Shown here: positions 48,593 to 59,200 of the stretch, piece by piece
How the letters are laid out: every line of letters starts with the position of its first letter
Numbering within the stretch: the first letter of the stretch is position 1
Assembly (NCBI GenBank): GCA_965237675.1
Contig: OZ250150.1
Span: 3,648,001 to 3,712,000 of the forward strand
Length of the DNA stretch: 64,000 nucleotides
Source of the DNA: Candidatus Latescibacterota bacterium
Lineage (GTDB): Bacteria; Latescibacterota; UBA2968; GCA-2709665
Direction of reading: 5' to 3'
The notes under the pieces: generated by a model
Databases searched by the model: none
What the model was told of the DNA's origin: nothing
The model's input: the letters and a program-made list of their open reading frames with translations, nothing else
Position numbers and translations under genes: made by a program

Positions 48593-49951
48593 TTAGTCCA
48601 TCAGACGGGCGTTGTACTGGCGGGGACCTGGACAGTAGCCGGAGTAGGCAGGTGGGTGAAAGGGCGCGGGTGTGTAGATGTACACGGCGTCCGCCCACGG
48701 GTTGTAAACGAGCAGGTCCTCGCGTTCATCTCCGCAGAGGTTGGCGGGCACGGCGTGGTACCAGCCCATTTTTTCAGGACCGACGGGGCGGGGAAGATCC
48801 GGTAGGGTCACCGCGGGTTCGCCGTTTCCGTCGAAGAGGATGCCGCCGTTGTAAAGCATTGCGGGCGCATCGAATCCGTTCCAGTAGACCGTTTCCATAC
48901 CGGTTTCGTTTGGCGACCGGTTGAGTCGAAAACGGCGGACAATTCGACCGTTATTGTCTGCCAACAAAACGTCGGGCCGGTGCCCGAGGTAGCGGATGGC
49001 CATTTGTGGTGCGGGTTCTTCAGGCAGGAAGGTGGCCACCCGGACTTCCTGTCCGTGGGGGACAATTGTTTCGCCCAGCGCCAGAATAACGCCGCCGTCG
49101 ACGTCCAGAATATACCCTCCGCCGGAGCAGATGGCGCGCATCCGACCGTTGTCCCACGGTTGGATAGATACGGAGTCCATATTGCGCGCAAGCTGGCGCT
49201 CCCAGCGGGGCGCGCCGTCCGAATCGAGAATGAAATAGCCGCCAAGGATTTCGTCGCGCCCGTCACCGTCCAGATCGCCCACGGCCGGAAGATAGGCGGA
49301 GCAGTGGCCGTAGACGTTCCAGGGGATGGCGTAATCCCACAATAGGTCCAAGTTGTGGTCGAATGCCAGGACCCTTTCACCCAATTTGACCACGATATCC
49401 TGGGGAACGGCGGCGCCTCTGAGGTTGGCAATGAACAGGCGCTGGTGAAACCAGTTGGCGCCCCAACCACGGCAGGCCTTGAGAATCTCCGGGCGAGACT
49501 CCTTTTTGAGTGCTCCCGTCGCGCCGTCGCGTATCTGGACGGTGACATCCGCAAGAGATTCTCTGTCGGTGACGCCGTCCGGACGATGGAAGAAACAGAT
49601 CACTTCGCTCCGGCCGTCCCCGTCCACGTCGTGGATCGAGACGGAACAGGGGCGGAGGGGCTGGGCGCCGCCGTCGCCATCCTGCCACAGAATCTCGCCG
49701 TCAAGGGTGAAGGCGCCCAGAAAACAGGGTTTGAGTTCGCTTGCCGTATCGCAACGGTAAACGAGCAGATCGGCCCGGCCGTCTCCGGTGAGATCTCCCA
49801 GCCGGATATCTCCTCCAAAACGAAGGTTCCGTCCTTCAACCTTTGTCTCCGTCAACAACGTGCCGGGAATCTCAACTCGCCGGAAAAGGATCGCCGGAGC
49901 CGGGTCCTGATCATGTGAATGGCCGGCGGAGGGCTCAGGGAGGGTTGGCAT
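48593..49951 (-). CDS. FG-GAP beta-propeller, rhamnogalacturonan lyase (PL11/YesW)-like
   Basis: GDLTGDG, HDVDGDGRSE, GH....GDLDGDGRDEI, HGQ, NLCGDEREDL, QYNA. Confidence 0.65.
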   Translation of the reverse strand: MPTLPEPSAGHSHDQDPAPAILFRRVEIPGTLLTETKVEGRNLRFGGDIRLGDLTGDGRADLLVYRCDTASELKPCFLGAFTLDGEILWQDGDGGAQPLRPCSVSIHDVDGDGRSEVICFFHRPDGVTDRESLADVTVQIRDGATGALKKESRPEILKACRGWGANWFHQRLFIANLRGAAVPQDIVVKLGERVLAFDHNLDLLWDYAIPWNVYGHCSAYLPAVGDLDGDGRDEILGGYFILDSDGAPRWERQLARNMDSVSIQPWDNGRMRAICSGGGYILDVDGGVILALGETIVPHGQEVRVATFLPEEPAPQMAIRYLGHRPDVLLADNNGRIVRRFRLNRSPNETGMETVYWNGFDAPAMLYNGGILFDGNGEPAVTLPDLPRPVGPEKMGWYHAVPANLCGDEREDLLVYNPWADAVYIYTPAPFHPPAYSGYCPGPRQYNARLMD

Positions 49952-49989
49952 GTCAACGCTTCGAACCCGTCAAGAAAAGTGGGTGGCAG

Positions 49990-50295
49990 CTACTCCTGCC
50001 GGCTTGCTTCGTGCTCTCGCCGACGCACGAGTACGCGCTCGAATCTCTCAGAAAGGCTTTCTCCCGGTCGAGAGAACCGAAGCATGCTTTCGCGAGACAT
50101 TACCATCATCGTGCCCAGCGCAGGATCGGGATAACGACAGAAGCTGTGTTTGACTGCCTCCCCTGTTATACAGCAGTGGGTTTCAAGCGGGAATTCGAAA
50201 TCGCCGTCGAGTAGACTGCTGGACTTGGTTCCGACTTCCGGCGCGTTATCGGCCGGAAGTTTGTAGTCAGGGTAGAACTGATCTTTTTCAGACAT
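49990..50295 (-). CDS. hypothetical protein (101 aa)
   Basis: SD AAGGAG, upstream promoter. Confidence 0.6.
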   Translation of the reverse strand: MSEKDQFYPDYKLPADNAPEVGTKSSSLLDGDFEFPLETHCCITGEAVKHSFCRYPDPALGTMMVMSRESMLRFSRPGESLSERFERVLVRRREHEASRQE

Positions 50296-50530
50296 CGGAT
50301 ATGGACTCCTTGAGCAAAACGTTGCTTGTTGGCCGCGGTGTGTCCGCGGACTGTACCCGTGCCATCAATTGACCTGGTAACCGGTTCGCCAGGCGCGTCG
50401 TACGTTTACAAGTGCCGCGGGTCCGCGGATGCGGTGTCTACACGTCCGGGCGCTGTCGATGAACGACGGTCGGTTCGCGTGCGTACCGCGACGCGACCAA
50501 CAACCCGGGTGCGTAAACACAGAAGCAGGA

Positions 50531-50560
50531 AATATAAATCGGAAGACCGCTGATTGTCAA
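50531..50560 (-). promoter_or_regulatory. sigma70-type promoter
   Basis: TTGACA-N18-TATATT. Confidence 0.5.
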
Positions 50561-50920
50561 CAGAAACCGGAGCAACGCGGGGAAACTCATGACCGTTTTT
50601 CCGGACGGGCCTGGCATTGAGGGTCGCGTCCATGAAGCACACCCCGCGAGCAAAACCCCCGCTCTCCCGAGGGTTCGGGCGGATTCGAGCGATTGCTTTG
50701 GGCTTGATTTTTGGGTTCGGAATTGCTTATTGTTTTGAGGAATGCGTTCAAGATCGTCCATATATCGGGCAGCGGAGGCGGCGAAATCAATTGATCAATC
50801 CCCGCATCCCCGGTGCGTGTCCACGTCGGCGGATGGTGCCAAACCGGCTGAGGTGGCGTCACATATGTAGTCCTGGTGTGCCCCCGCACAGGATCGAGGC
50901 GCGTTAGGGTTGGAGGGTTC

Positions 50921-52441
50921 ATGAATGTCGAGATGCTGATCACCTGGTTTCAGGCGGTTCTATTGATTCTCTATAGCGTGACGCTTGGCCTGCTGATGAT
51001 CTTCAGTTTGCACCGGCACGTGATGGTGCGGCTGTACTTCAAGAATCGGCGTAAGCGGCCGGTCCCGGTCGGCCGGTTTGAGGAATTGCCCCGGGTGACG
51101 GTGCAGTTGCCGGTTTACAATGAACTATACGTGGTGGAGCGGCTGATCCGCGCGGTGGCTGGCGTCGACTATCCACGGGACCGAGTGGAAATTCAGGTTT
51201 TGGACGATTCGTCCGATGAGACGACCGACGTGGCGAAGCGGTGCGTGGCGGAGTTAAGGAAGTCGGGACACGATATCGTCTGCCTCCATCGAACGAATCG
51301 CGAGGGCTTCAAAGCGGGCGCCCTTGCCGAGGGGTTGCGGGTTGCAAGCGGCGAATATGTGGCGGTATTCGACGCTGATTTTTTGCCCCCCAGAGAATTC
51401 CTCAGGAAAACGATTCACTATTTCACGGATACGGGTGTGGGTCTGGTGCAGGCAAGGTGGGACCATCTGAACCGCGATTATTCCCTGTTGACGCAGGTGC
51501 AGGCGATTTTCCTCGACGGGCATTTTATGATTGAACACGGCGCCCGCAGCCGATCGGGTCTGTTCTTCAATTTTAACGGCACAGCCGGCATCTGGCGCAG
51601 GCGGTGTATCGAAGATGCCGGAGGATGGGAGAACGACACCCTTACGGAAGATCTCGACCTGAGCTATCGGGCGCAGTTGGCCGGATGGCGATTTCTGTTT
51701 CTCGACGACGTCGTTGCGCCGGCCGAGTTGCCTGTGGAGATGAATGCCTGGAAGACACAGCAGTTCCGCTGGTCCAAGGGGTCTGCGCAGACGGCCCGTA
51801 AACTGGTCGGGCGGGTCCTGCGCGCGAGATTGCCGTGGCGGGTGAAGCTGGAGGCGCTGATCCATTTAAATGGAAATTTCTCTTATTTGCTGATGGCCCT
51901 GCTGGCGGCTCTGATCTTCCCCGCAGTGCTTGCCCGTCTGGACCTTGGGTGGTTTCGTGTTGTCTTCGTGGATCTGCCATTGTTTGTTTCCGCGACGGGG
52001 GCGGTGTCCCGGTTTTATATCTACTCACAAAAGGAACTCTATCCGGACTGGAGACGACGTATCAAGTATATGCCCTGCGTGCTGGCGGCCGGTATGGGGA
52101 TTTCGTTCAACAATGCCCGAGCGGTGCTCGAGGGTCTGGCGGGACACCAGACTGAGTTCCGGCGTACGCCGAAGTACCAGGTTGTGGACCGCCGGGATAC
52201 CTGGCGTGGCAAGCGATACGCCGTGCACAGGAATGTGCTGTCTATCGTAGAACTCGGTGTCGGGTTGTATTTTTTGTGGGTGATCGGGTTCGCCATCAGT
52301 CACCGGATCTATTTTCCGATTCCGTTTATCGCTCTGTTCAGCCTGGGATTCTTCTATGTGGGATGGATGTCACTTTTTCAGGGGCGTTTTCAACGGTTGC
52401 GGGCGTTTTTTTCGAGAGAGAAAGCGCCTGCGACGGATTGA
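50921..52441 (+). CDS. GT2 glycosyltransferase, cellulose-synthase-like (CslA-like)
   Basis: QLPVYNE, LDDS, KAGAL, DADF, TED, QQFRW. Confidence 0.92.
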   Translation: MNVEMLITWFQAVLLILYSVTLGLLMIFSLHRHVMVRLYFKNRRKRPVPVGRFEELPRVTVQLPVYNELYVVERLIRAVAGVDYPRDRVEIQVLDDSSDETTDVAKRCVAELRKSGHDIVCLHRTNREGFKAGALAEGLRVASGEYVAVFDADFLPPREFLRKTIHYFTDTGVGLVQARWDHLNRDYSLLTQVQAIFLDGHFMIEHGARSRSGLFFNFNGTAGIWRRRCIEDAGGWENDTLTEDLDLSYRAQLAGWRFLFLDDVVAPAELPVEMNAWKTQQFRWSKGSAQTARKLVGRVLRARLPWRVKLEALIHLNGNFSYLLMALLAALIFPAVLARLDLGWFRVVFVDLPLFVSATGAVSRFYIYSQKELYPDWRRRIKYMPCVLAAGMGISFNNARAVLEGLAGHQTEFRRTPKYQVVDRRDTWRGKRYAVHRNVLSIVELGVGLYFLWVIGFAISHRIYFPIPFIALFSLGFFYVGWMSLFQGRFQRLRAFFSREKAPATD

Positions 52442-52721
52442 GAGCGCCATCGCCTGATGCATGGGGAGCGGACCCCCGCCCTTACCCCGAGGAACGGATA
52501 TCGGGCCCGGCAAGGCTGCTGCCGTCGGGCCTTTTGTCTTGCAGGGCGGACATCGGAAGGCGTGAAGACACCGATAGACAGCAAGCGTACCTGGGGTCCC
52601 GGTCGCCAGCCCTGTATGTTTCGCCCGGCCATGCGGGTCATCCGGGGCTTTATTCTTGTTTATCTTCCAGGTTCCACTATATTTGTTGCACGCCGGGGAC
52701 CAGTTACCAACGTGGGTTTTT

Positions 52722-53618
52722 ATGATAGCGCGAATCGGCGGACTTCTCGCCAATCGTTACACCCTCGCGTACGGGGCGGCGCTGGTTGTGCATCTGCTGT
52801 TTTTTGTCCTTTACGTCCCTCTGTCGAGCCTCGTTCCGCAACCGCGGACCGATGTACCGGCCCACGAGTCCCGGCCGATGTCTTTCGAATTTGTCGAGTT
52901 GCCCCATCAGGCCCCGGACGAACAGCCGCCGGATGCAACATCGGTGCGGTCAGACCGGGTCTCGCGGGCGAAGGACCTCGAAGATGCGTCCCTGCCGGAT
53001 TCGCATCTGCCGTACACCGACGGGCTGGTACAATCCACGGCACAGCCCCGGTCTGATATCGGACAGCAAGGCGAACGGGGTGAGCGCGGGAAGGCCCGCG
53101 CGAGGTCCCACGCCGATCAGAAGGACCGCGCCGACACGGAACACGATGTGGTTTCGACGGATTTCGCGTCGTTGTTGAAGCAACGAGAAAAATGGTCCCC
53201 GCAGCAGCCGAAAGGGACATTGTTCGGACGCCCGGACGCCCCCGGTGTATTGCCGATGAAGAACCTGCAAAGCCACGCCCTCGGGCAGGGGGGTTTGCAG
53301 TTGAGTACGTATGACTGGGAATTCGCCCCGTATCTTGCATATCTCAAACGCCACATTGGCGACCATATTCATCCGCCGGCTGCGTTCACACAACTGGGGC
53401 TCATTCAGGGTCGGACCCGGCTGAAATTCAGGGTTATGCCCGATGGCAGCCTTGCGGACCTGGAGGTAATCGACTTCGACGGTAGCCCGTACCTGCGGGA
53501 TACCAGCACGCGCGCGGTGGAACTGTCGGCCGATTTCCGGCCGCTGCCGCCGCATTTTCCGGAGGACTTTCTGGAAATTACCGCCCTCTTCCACTATATA
53601 ATACTGGATTCGCAATAA
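52722..53618 (+). CDS. TonB/TolA-like energy transducer
   Basis: N-terminal TM with AxxxH, low-complexity linker, C-terminal G....F..PDGS..S..LRD..RAV..F.PLP; adjacent exbBD. Confidence 0.7.
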   Translation: MIARIGGLLANRYTLAYGAALVVHLLFFVLYVPLSSLVPQPRTDVPAHESRPMSFEFVELPHQAPDEQPPDATSVRSDRVSRAKDLEDASLPDSHLPYTDGLVQSTAQPRSDIGQQGERGERGKARARSHADQKDRADTEHDVVSTDFASLLKQREKWSPQQPKGTLFGRPDAPGVLPMKNLQSHALGQGGLQLSTYDWEFAPYLAYLKRHIGDHIHPPAAFTQLGLIQGRTRLKFRVMPDGSLADLEVIDFDGSPYLRDTSTRAVELSADFRPLPPHFPEDFLEITALFHYIILDSQ

Positions 53619-53633
53619 CACGGGAGCTGCTGC

Positions 53634-54260
53634 ATGGGATGGGAGTTGTTTGTGCAGGGGGGACTGGTTATGTATCCCCTTGCTTTATGTTCAATCCTTA
53701 CGCTGGCCATCACACTGGAGCGGGCGTTCAGTCTGCGGCGCAACCGGATCATTCGAGTCGAAATTGCCAGCCTGATCGAGAACATAAAGGGCCCGGAAGA
53801 TATCGGCCTGGCGGTGTCCGTATGCAACCAGTACGAAGGGCCGTTCGCGCAGGTTGTCCGCGCGGGGCTCGACAACCGCCACCTGCCGCCAGATGAGATA
53901 AAAGAGAGCATTGTGGATCAGGGCCGCCAGGAAATGGGGAAGTTGCAGAAGGGGATGGTTGTTCTGGAAACCGTTGCCAGCGTTTCCCCGCTCCTGGGGC
54001 TGTTGGGTACGGTTCTGGGGATGATTAAGGTTTTTCGTGAGATTTCAGAGGTGGGCGTCGGGCAGGGCAACCTGCTTGCGGGCGGTATCTCGGAAGCGAT
54101 ATTGACGACCGGCGCCGGGCTGTTTATTGCAATTCCGTCACTTGTTTTTTTTAACTATTTCAGCAGCAAGGCGGAGAGTCTGGTTTTGGAGATCGAGAAA
54201 TATTCCAATGCGCTTCTGAAAAAGCTACGGAGATTCCAGGTGGGTGAACCGAACGAATAG
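53634..54260 (+). CDS. MotA/TolQ/ExbB proton channel
   Basis: QGGLVMYPL, SPLLGLLGTV.GM, GISEAI.TT..GL.IAIP. Confidence 0.92.
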   Translation: MGWELFVQGGLVMYPLALCSILTLAITLERAFSLRRNRIIRVEIASLIENIKGPEDIGLAVSVCNQYEGPFAQVVRAGLDNRHLPPDEIKESIVDQGRQEMGKLQKGMVVLETVASVSPLLGLLGTVLGMIKVFREISEVGVGQGNLLAGGISEAILTTGAGLFIAIPSLVFFNYFSSKAESLVLEIEKYSNALLKKLRRFQVGEPNE

Positions 54261-54271
54261 AGGGCGGAGAA

Positions 54272-54685
54272 ATGCAGTTGTTTCAGAAACCCAAACGACG
54301 GCCGTACATCAATATCACGTCATTGATCGACGTGCTGTTCTTGCTGCTGACGTTTTTTCTCGTGACCACATCGTTCATCGAGCAGTCCGCGCTTAAAGTG
54401 GAACTGCCGTCGATGGAACACTCCGACCGGGTTCAGCAGCAGAAACGCTTTGTGCTGGATGTTGCTCCGGATGGCGAGATTCAATATGAAGGCGAGCCCG
54501 TCGAACGGACCGCGTTGGGCGTCCGGTTGCGGGGGGCTTCAAATGAGATCAACGCCGGCGGCGGCCTTGTCTTGCGGGCCGATCGGAACCTTCCCCATGG
54601 CGAGGTGATGAGCGTCTTGGATATTATCCGGGGGGCAGGAGTCAGGCGTTTCGTAATTGCTACGGTGGCCTCCGGGCCCGGATAA
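54272..54685 (+). CDS. ExbD/TolR
   Basis: INITSLIDVLFLLL.FF, VLRAD. Confidence 0.92.
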   Translation: MQLFQKPKRRPYINITSLIDVLFLLLTFFLVTTSFIEQSALKVELPSMEHSDRVQQQKRFVLDVAPDGEIQYEGEPVERTALGVRLRGASNEINAGGGLVLRADRNLPHGEVMSVLDIIRGAGVRRFVIATVASGPG

Positions 54686-54907
54686 AAATACGGTCGCAGT
54701 CAGCACGGGATCGGGGGCTAATTCTCTTTGGGTATGGATCTTCCGATGATCAGACTCGGTCGAACTCGAAGCCGGCCGCTCGCGCCGCGCAATGCCGGAC
54801 AGTCGGCGGGACGGAACGCGGAGAAAATAAGCTGTGAATTGTGTTTCATATTGCGCAGGTTGTAAGTAACCATTTACTTACTCGGACCCGGGTCCGCGGG
54901 GGGATGC

Positions 54908-56248
54908 ATGTTCAGGTGTCTACGTATCGTTTTTGTCGGCGTTTTTGCGGTTCTATCGGGATGCGGTGAGGGTGACATGGGATCGGCGCGTCGCGGGGAA
55001 CAGCGCCGGGGTGCGGCGGTGCCCGTCAGGGTGGAGCCGGTGAATCGTCGCGATATTTCCAGTTATATTCTGGCCAATGAAAAACTGGAGGCGTTTCAGT
55101 GGGTCGAAGTGCGTTCCAGGACTTCCGGGCAGGTCGTGGCGATACTCAGGGAAGAGGGTGATCCCGTCCGGGAGGGCACGGTGCTGGCGCGGCTGGATTC
55201 GGAGGCGGCGCGGTTGCAGGTCAAACGCATGGAAGTGGCTTACCACGACGCGCGTCGCGTCTTCGAGCGAGACGAAAAGATGTATAAACGGAACCTCCTG
55301 AGCAAAGAGAGGTATGAGAATTCAAAAGGGCAGATGGACCGCGCGCATACCGAGTTGGAGCAGGCGAGGTTGAATTTGAGCTATACCACCATCGCTTCGC
55401 CTCTGGAGGGCACGCTGACCATTCGAAGCGTTGAGGTCGGAAACATGGTGACCGCCAATCAGCCGGTGTTTTCGGTGGCGGACTTCGACCCGCTGCTTGC
55501 GCGCATCCGAATTCCGGAAAAGAACATGGGCAAAGTGGCGGTCGGGCAGGGCGCGAAAGTCGCGGTGGAGTCCGCTCCCGGTCGGGTTTTTCGCGGCGTG
55601 GTGAAGATGATCAGCCCGGTCGTGGATCCGGAAAGCGGAACCATCAAAGTCACCATCGAAGTTCCCGGCGGCGGAAAGGGAATCCTGCGGCCGGGCATGT
55701 TCGCCTCGGTGCATATCATTACCGAGGTGCACGAAAACACACTGGTGATTCCCAAAAAGGCGCTTTTTCTCGAAGGGGAGGGGAATCAGGTCTTCGTATA
55801 CGAAAAGGATGGCGAACGAGGTGCGGGGAAGGCGGTTCGCAAGAAGGTCGGCATGGGGTTTTCCGATAACGAACACCTGGAGATTCTGAGCGGCCTGTCG
55901 GAGGGGGAACAGGTCATTACCGTGGGGCATGAAGGGCTGCGGCCGGGGACGGCCGTGCGTCTTGTGGGCGAGGGGGTTGCGGACGAAACGGCGGACGCGA
56001 AGAAGACCAACGGCGGGATTGCGGGGCCGGGGGGCCGTGGCGATATTCAGCGGGCTGGCGGCGACAACGACCAGCTCGAGGCAGTGAAGGAACGGATGCT
56101 CGCGCGGTTTCCTGACCTCAAGAAAGCGTATGATGCACGCGTGAAGAAAGATCCGGATCTGGCGACCAGTCGTGAAAAGTGGCGGGCATTCATGGGTGAA
56201 ATGCGTCGGAGGGGTATCGTACCCGCCGGAGGCGGGAGACCGCAATGA
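54908..56248 (+). CDS. RND efflux periplasmic adaptor (lipoprotein)
   Basis: LSGC lipobox, EGD.V..G..LARLD, I.SP..G, LRPGMF. Confidence 0.9.
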   Translation: MFRCLRIVFVGVFAVLSGCGEGDMGSARRGEQRRGAAVPVRVEPVNRRDISSYILANEKLEAFQWVEVRSRTSGQVVAILREEGDPVREGTVLARLDSEAARLQVKRMEVAYHDARRVFERDEKMYKRNLLSKERYENSKGQMDRAHTELEQARLNLSYTTIASPLEGTLTIRSVEVGNMVTANQPVFSVADFDPLLARIRIPEKNMGKVAVGQGAKVAVESAPGRVFRGVVKMISPVVDPESGTIKVTIEVPGGGKGILRPGMFASVHIITEVHENTLVIPKKALFLEGEGNQVFVYEKDGERGAGKAVRKKVGMGFSDNEHLEILSGLSEGEQVITVGHEGLRPGTAVRLVGEGVADETADAKKTNGGIAGPGGRGDIQRAGGDNDQLEAVKERMLARFPDLKKAYDARVKKDPDLATSREKWRAFMGEMRRRGIVPAGGGRPQ

Positions 56249-59200
56249 AGCTGATCGCGTTTTCGACCCGCCGTCGGGTCACGGTAACGATGTTTGTCGT
56301 GGCGGCCGTGATTTTCGGTCTGGTTGCGTTTCGGCGGCTTTCTATCAATCTGCTTCCGGATATCACGTATCCCACACTGACGGTGCGGACCGATTACGAA
56401 GGCACCGCGCCTTCGGAAATGGAACGCCTGGTTACGGAACCCGTGGAGGGGGCGGTGGGGGTGGTGACGAATGTGATCCGGGTGAGTTCCACGTCCCGTC
56501 CGGGCGTGTCTGAGGTGGTTGTCGAGTTTTCCTGGGGCACGGATATGGACTTCGCATCCTTGGATCTCAGGGAGAAATTGGACCGGTTGCAGCTTCCGCA
56601 GGGGGCGGAAAAACCGGTTCTGCTGCGTTTTGACCCGTCCCTGGATCCGATTATGCGGATCGGGCTCTACGGACAGGAGAGCCTGGTCGCCCTTCGTCTA
56701 TTGGCCGAGGAACAAATCAAGCTGGATCTGGAGAGCCTCGAGGGAGTCGCCGCGGCGCGCGTAAACGGAGGGCTTGAAGAGGAAATACACATAGAATTGG
56801 ATGAACCCAGGCTGGCGTCGCTGCGAATTCCGGTCCAACAGATCACCAGACGCCTGGGACAGGAGAATGTGAATCTGACCGGAGGGCAACTCAAAGATGG
56901 CGAGGCGGAGTACGTGGTGCGCACGGTCAATGAGTTTCGCTCGGTTCAGGAGATTCGGGACATCGTTGTGGGAGAACGACGGGACGCCGCGATAACCCTC
57001 TCCGACGTCGGTCGCGTTTTTCGGGGACACAAAGAACGCACCGTGATTAACCGAATCAATGGACGCGAGAGCGTGGAACTGGCCGTCTATAAAGAGGGCG
57101 ATGCCAATACCGTGACGGTCGCAGATCGTGTCACAGAGGCGCTCAGGGGTTTTCAGAAAGAGGCTGGCGCGCTAGGGGGCAACGCGCAAATAGATGTTGT
57201 GTTCAGCCAGGCGACGTTCATCAGGGCGTCTGTCTCGGAGGTGCTCAATACGGCAATTATGGGCGGGGTGTTGGCGGTGGTCGTGTTGTATCTGTTCCTG
57301 GGCAACCCCAGGAGTACCGCGATCATCAGCCTGTCTATTCCGATTTCCGTCGTATCCACGTTTCTGCTGATGTTCAGTTCGGATGTCAGCCTGAATATAA
57401 TGTCCCTGGGCGGGTTGGCGCTGGGCATCGGGATGCTGGTGGACAACTCCATTGTCGTACTGGAAAGCGTTCAGCGGTACCGCGACGAGGGTCTGTCTTC
57501 ACTTGAAGCGACCGTGACGGGGGCCAGCGAAGTGGGGAGAGCGGTGGTGGCTTCCACCCTGACCACAATCTGTGTCTTTGTGCCCATTGTTTTTGTTGAA
57601 GGGATCGCTGGTCAGTTGTTTCGAGATCAGGCGTTGACGGTGACGTTCTCCCTCGCGGCCTCCCTGCTGGTCGCGCTGACTCTGATTCCGATGCTGGCGT
57701 CTCTCGAGTTTGGCAGGAGAGATGACGCGGCCGGGGTCCAGCGTCGGCGCTGGAACTTGCCTTCCGGCTCTACAGCGGGTCTGGCAAGGGGGATCCGTTT
57801 CTTCCTGCGCGCCGGGCGGGCGTTGGGCAGAGGCGCTGTCGCCCTCCTGTACCCGGTTATCTGGCTCTTTGATCAGATAATGGACAGGACATACCGGTTC
57901 TATCCACGGGTGATCGGCTGGGCGCTGGGTCATCGCGCCGCCGTGCTTCTTTTCGCGCTGGCGCTTGCGGGCGCGTCATGGTTGCTGGTCGGCTTTCTGG
58001 GAAGTGAACTGATTCCCGAGATGAGCCAGGGTGAATTCAGCGTCTCCGTGAAGATGCCGGTGGGCACCCCGCTGGTCGCCACCGAAAGGACGATACGTGG
58101 CATGGAGCGGATTATTCAGGCCCAGCCCGAGGTGGAACTGGTTTATAGTACCGTCGGCTCAAGCGGGGCATCCGATGGGTCCGCCGGAGAGGAGCGAGAG
58201 AATATCGGACAGATCCAGGTGGCGCTGAAAGAGGGCATAATACGGGCTCGGGAAGACGCGGTGATGGATCGATTGAGGCAGGCGTTTCGGGGCATGCCGG
58301 CAGCGGAGTGCAAATTTGCCCGGCCGTCGTTTTTTACTTCGAAGACGCCGATCGAGGTGGAGATTTCCGGATATAATCTCAACACTTTGCGGACGTTGTC
58401 CGACGAACTTGCACGCAGGTTGGAGGACGTCTCGGGGCTCGTCGACGTGAAGACCAGCGCGGAGGGCGGCAATCCGGAGGTGCAGATCCGCTTCAATCGG
58501 AAGTGGGTCGCGCAAATGGGGACAACCATCAACGCGATCGGGACGCTTATAAGAAATAAGATCCAGGGCGAGGTGGCTACGGAGTTTGCTCAGGGCGACA
58601 GAAAGGTGGATATTCGCGTGCGTGCGGATGAGCAGCACCGGGCTACGGTGGAAGATCTCAAACGTCTCATTGTGAGTCCGGCCGATGCGTCGGCGCCCAT
58701 CCCCCTTGCGGTGGTTGCGGACCTGACAGTAGAAATGGGGCCCGCAGAGATCCTTCGAGCGGATCAGGAGCGAGTGGCGGTTGTTTCCGCCAACCTTGAA
58801 GGACGCAGTCTGAGCGAGGTGGTGGACGACATTGAAGCCGTGATACGAGACATGGACTATCCCCCCGACTATCACGTCAAGATTGGTGGTCAGAACGAGG
58901 AGCGTAAACGGTCGTTCGAGAGTATGCAGTTGGCGATTTTGCTGGCCGTTTTTCTGGTATACCTGGTAATGGCCTCCCAGTTTGAGTCGTTGATCCATCC
59001 CTTTGTTATCATGTTTTCGATTCCATTTGGCTTGGTTGGTGTGGTCTGGATGCTATTGGCTACGGGGCAGACGGTGAGCGTGGTGGTTTTGATCGGCCTG
59101 ATTATGCTGGCAGGAATTGTCGTGAACAACGCGATTGTGTTAATCGACTATATAAACGCCCTGCGTCGGGATCGGGGAATGGCAAAGCGAGAGGCCATAG

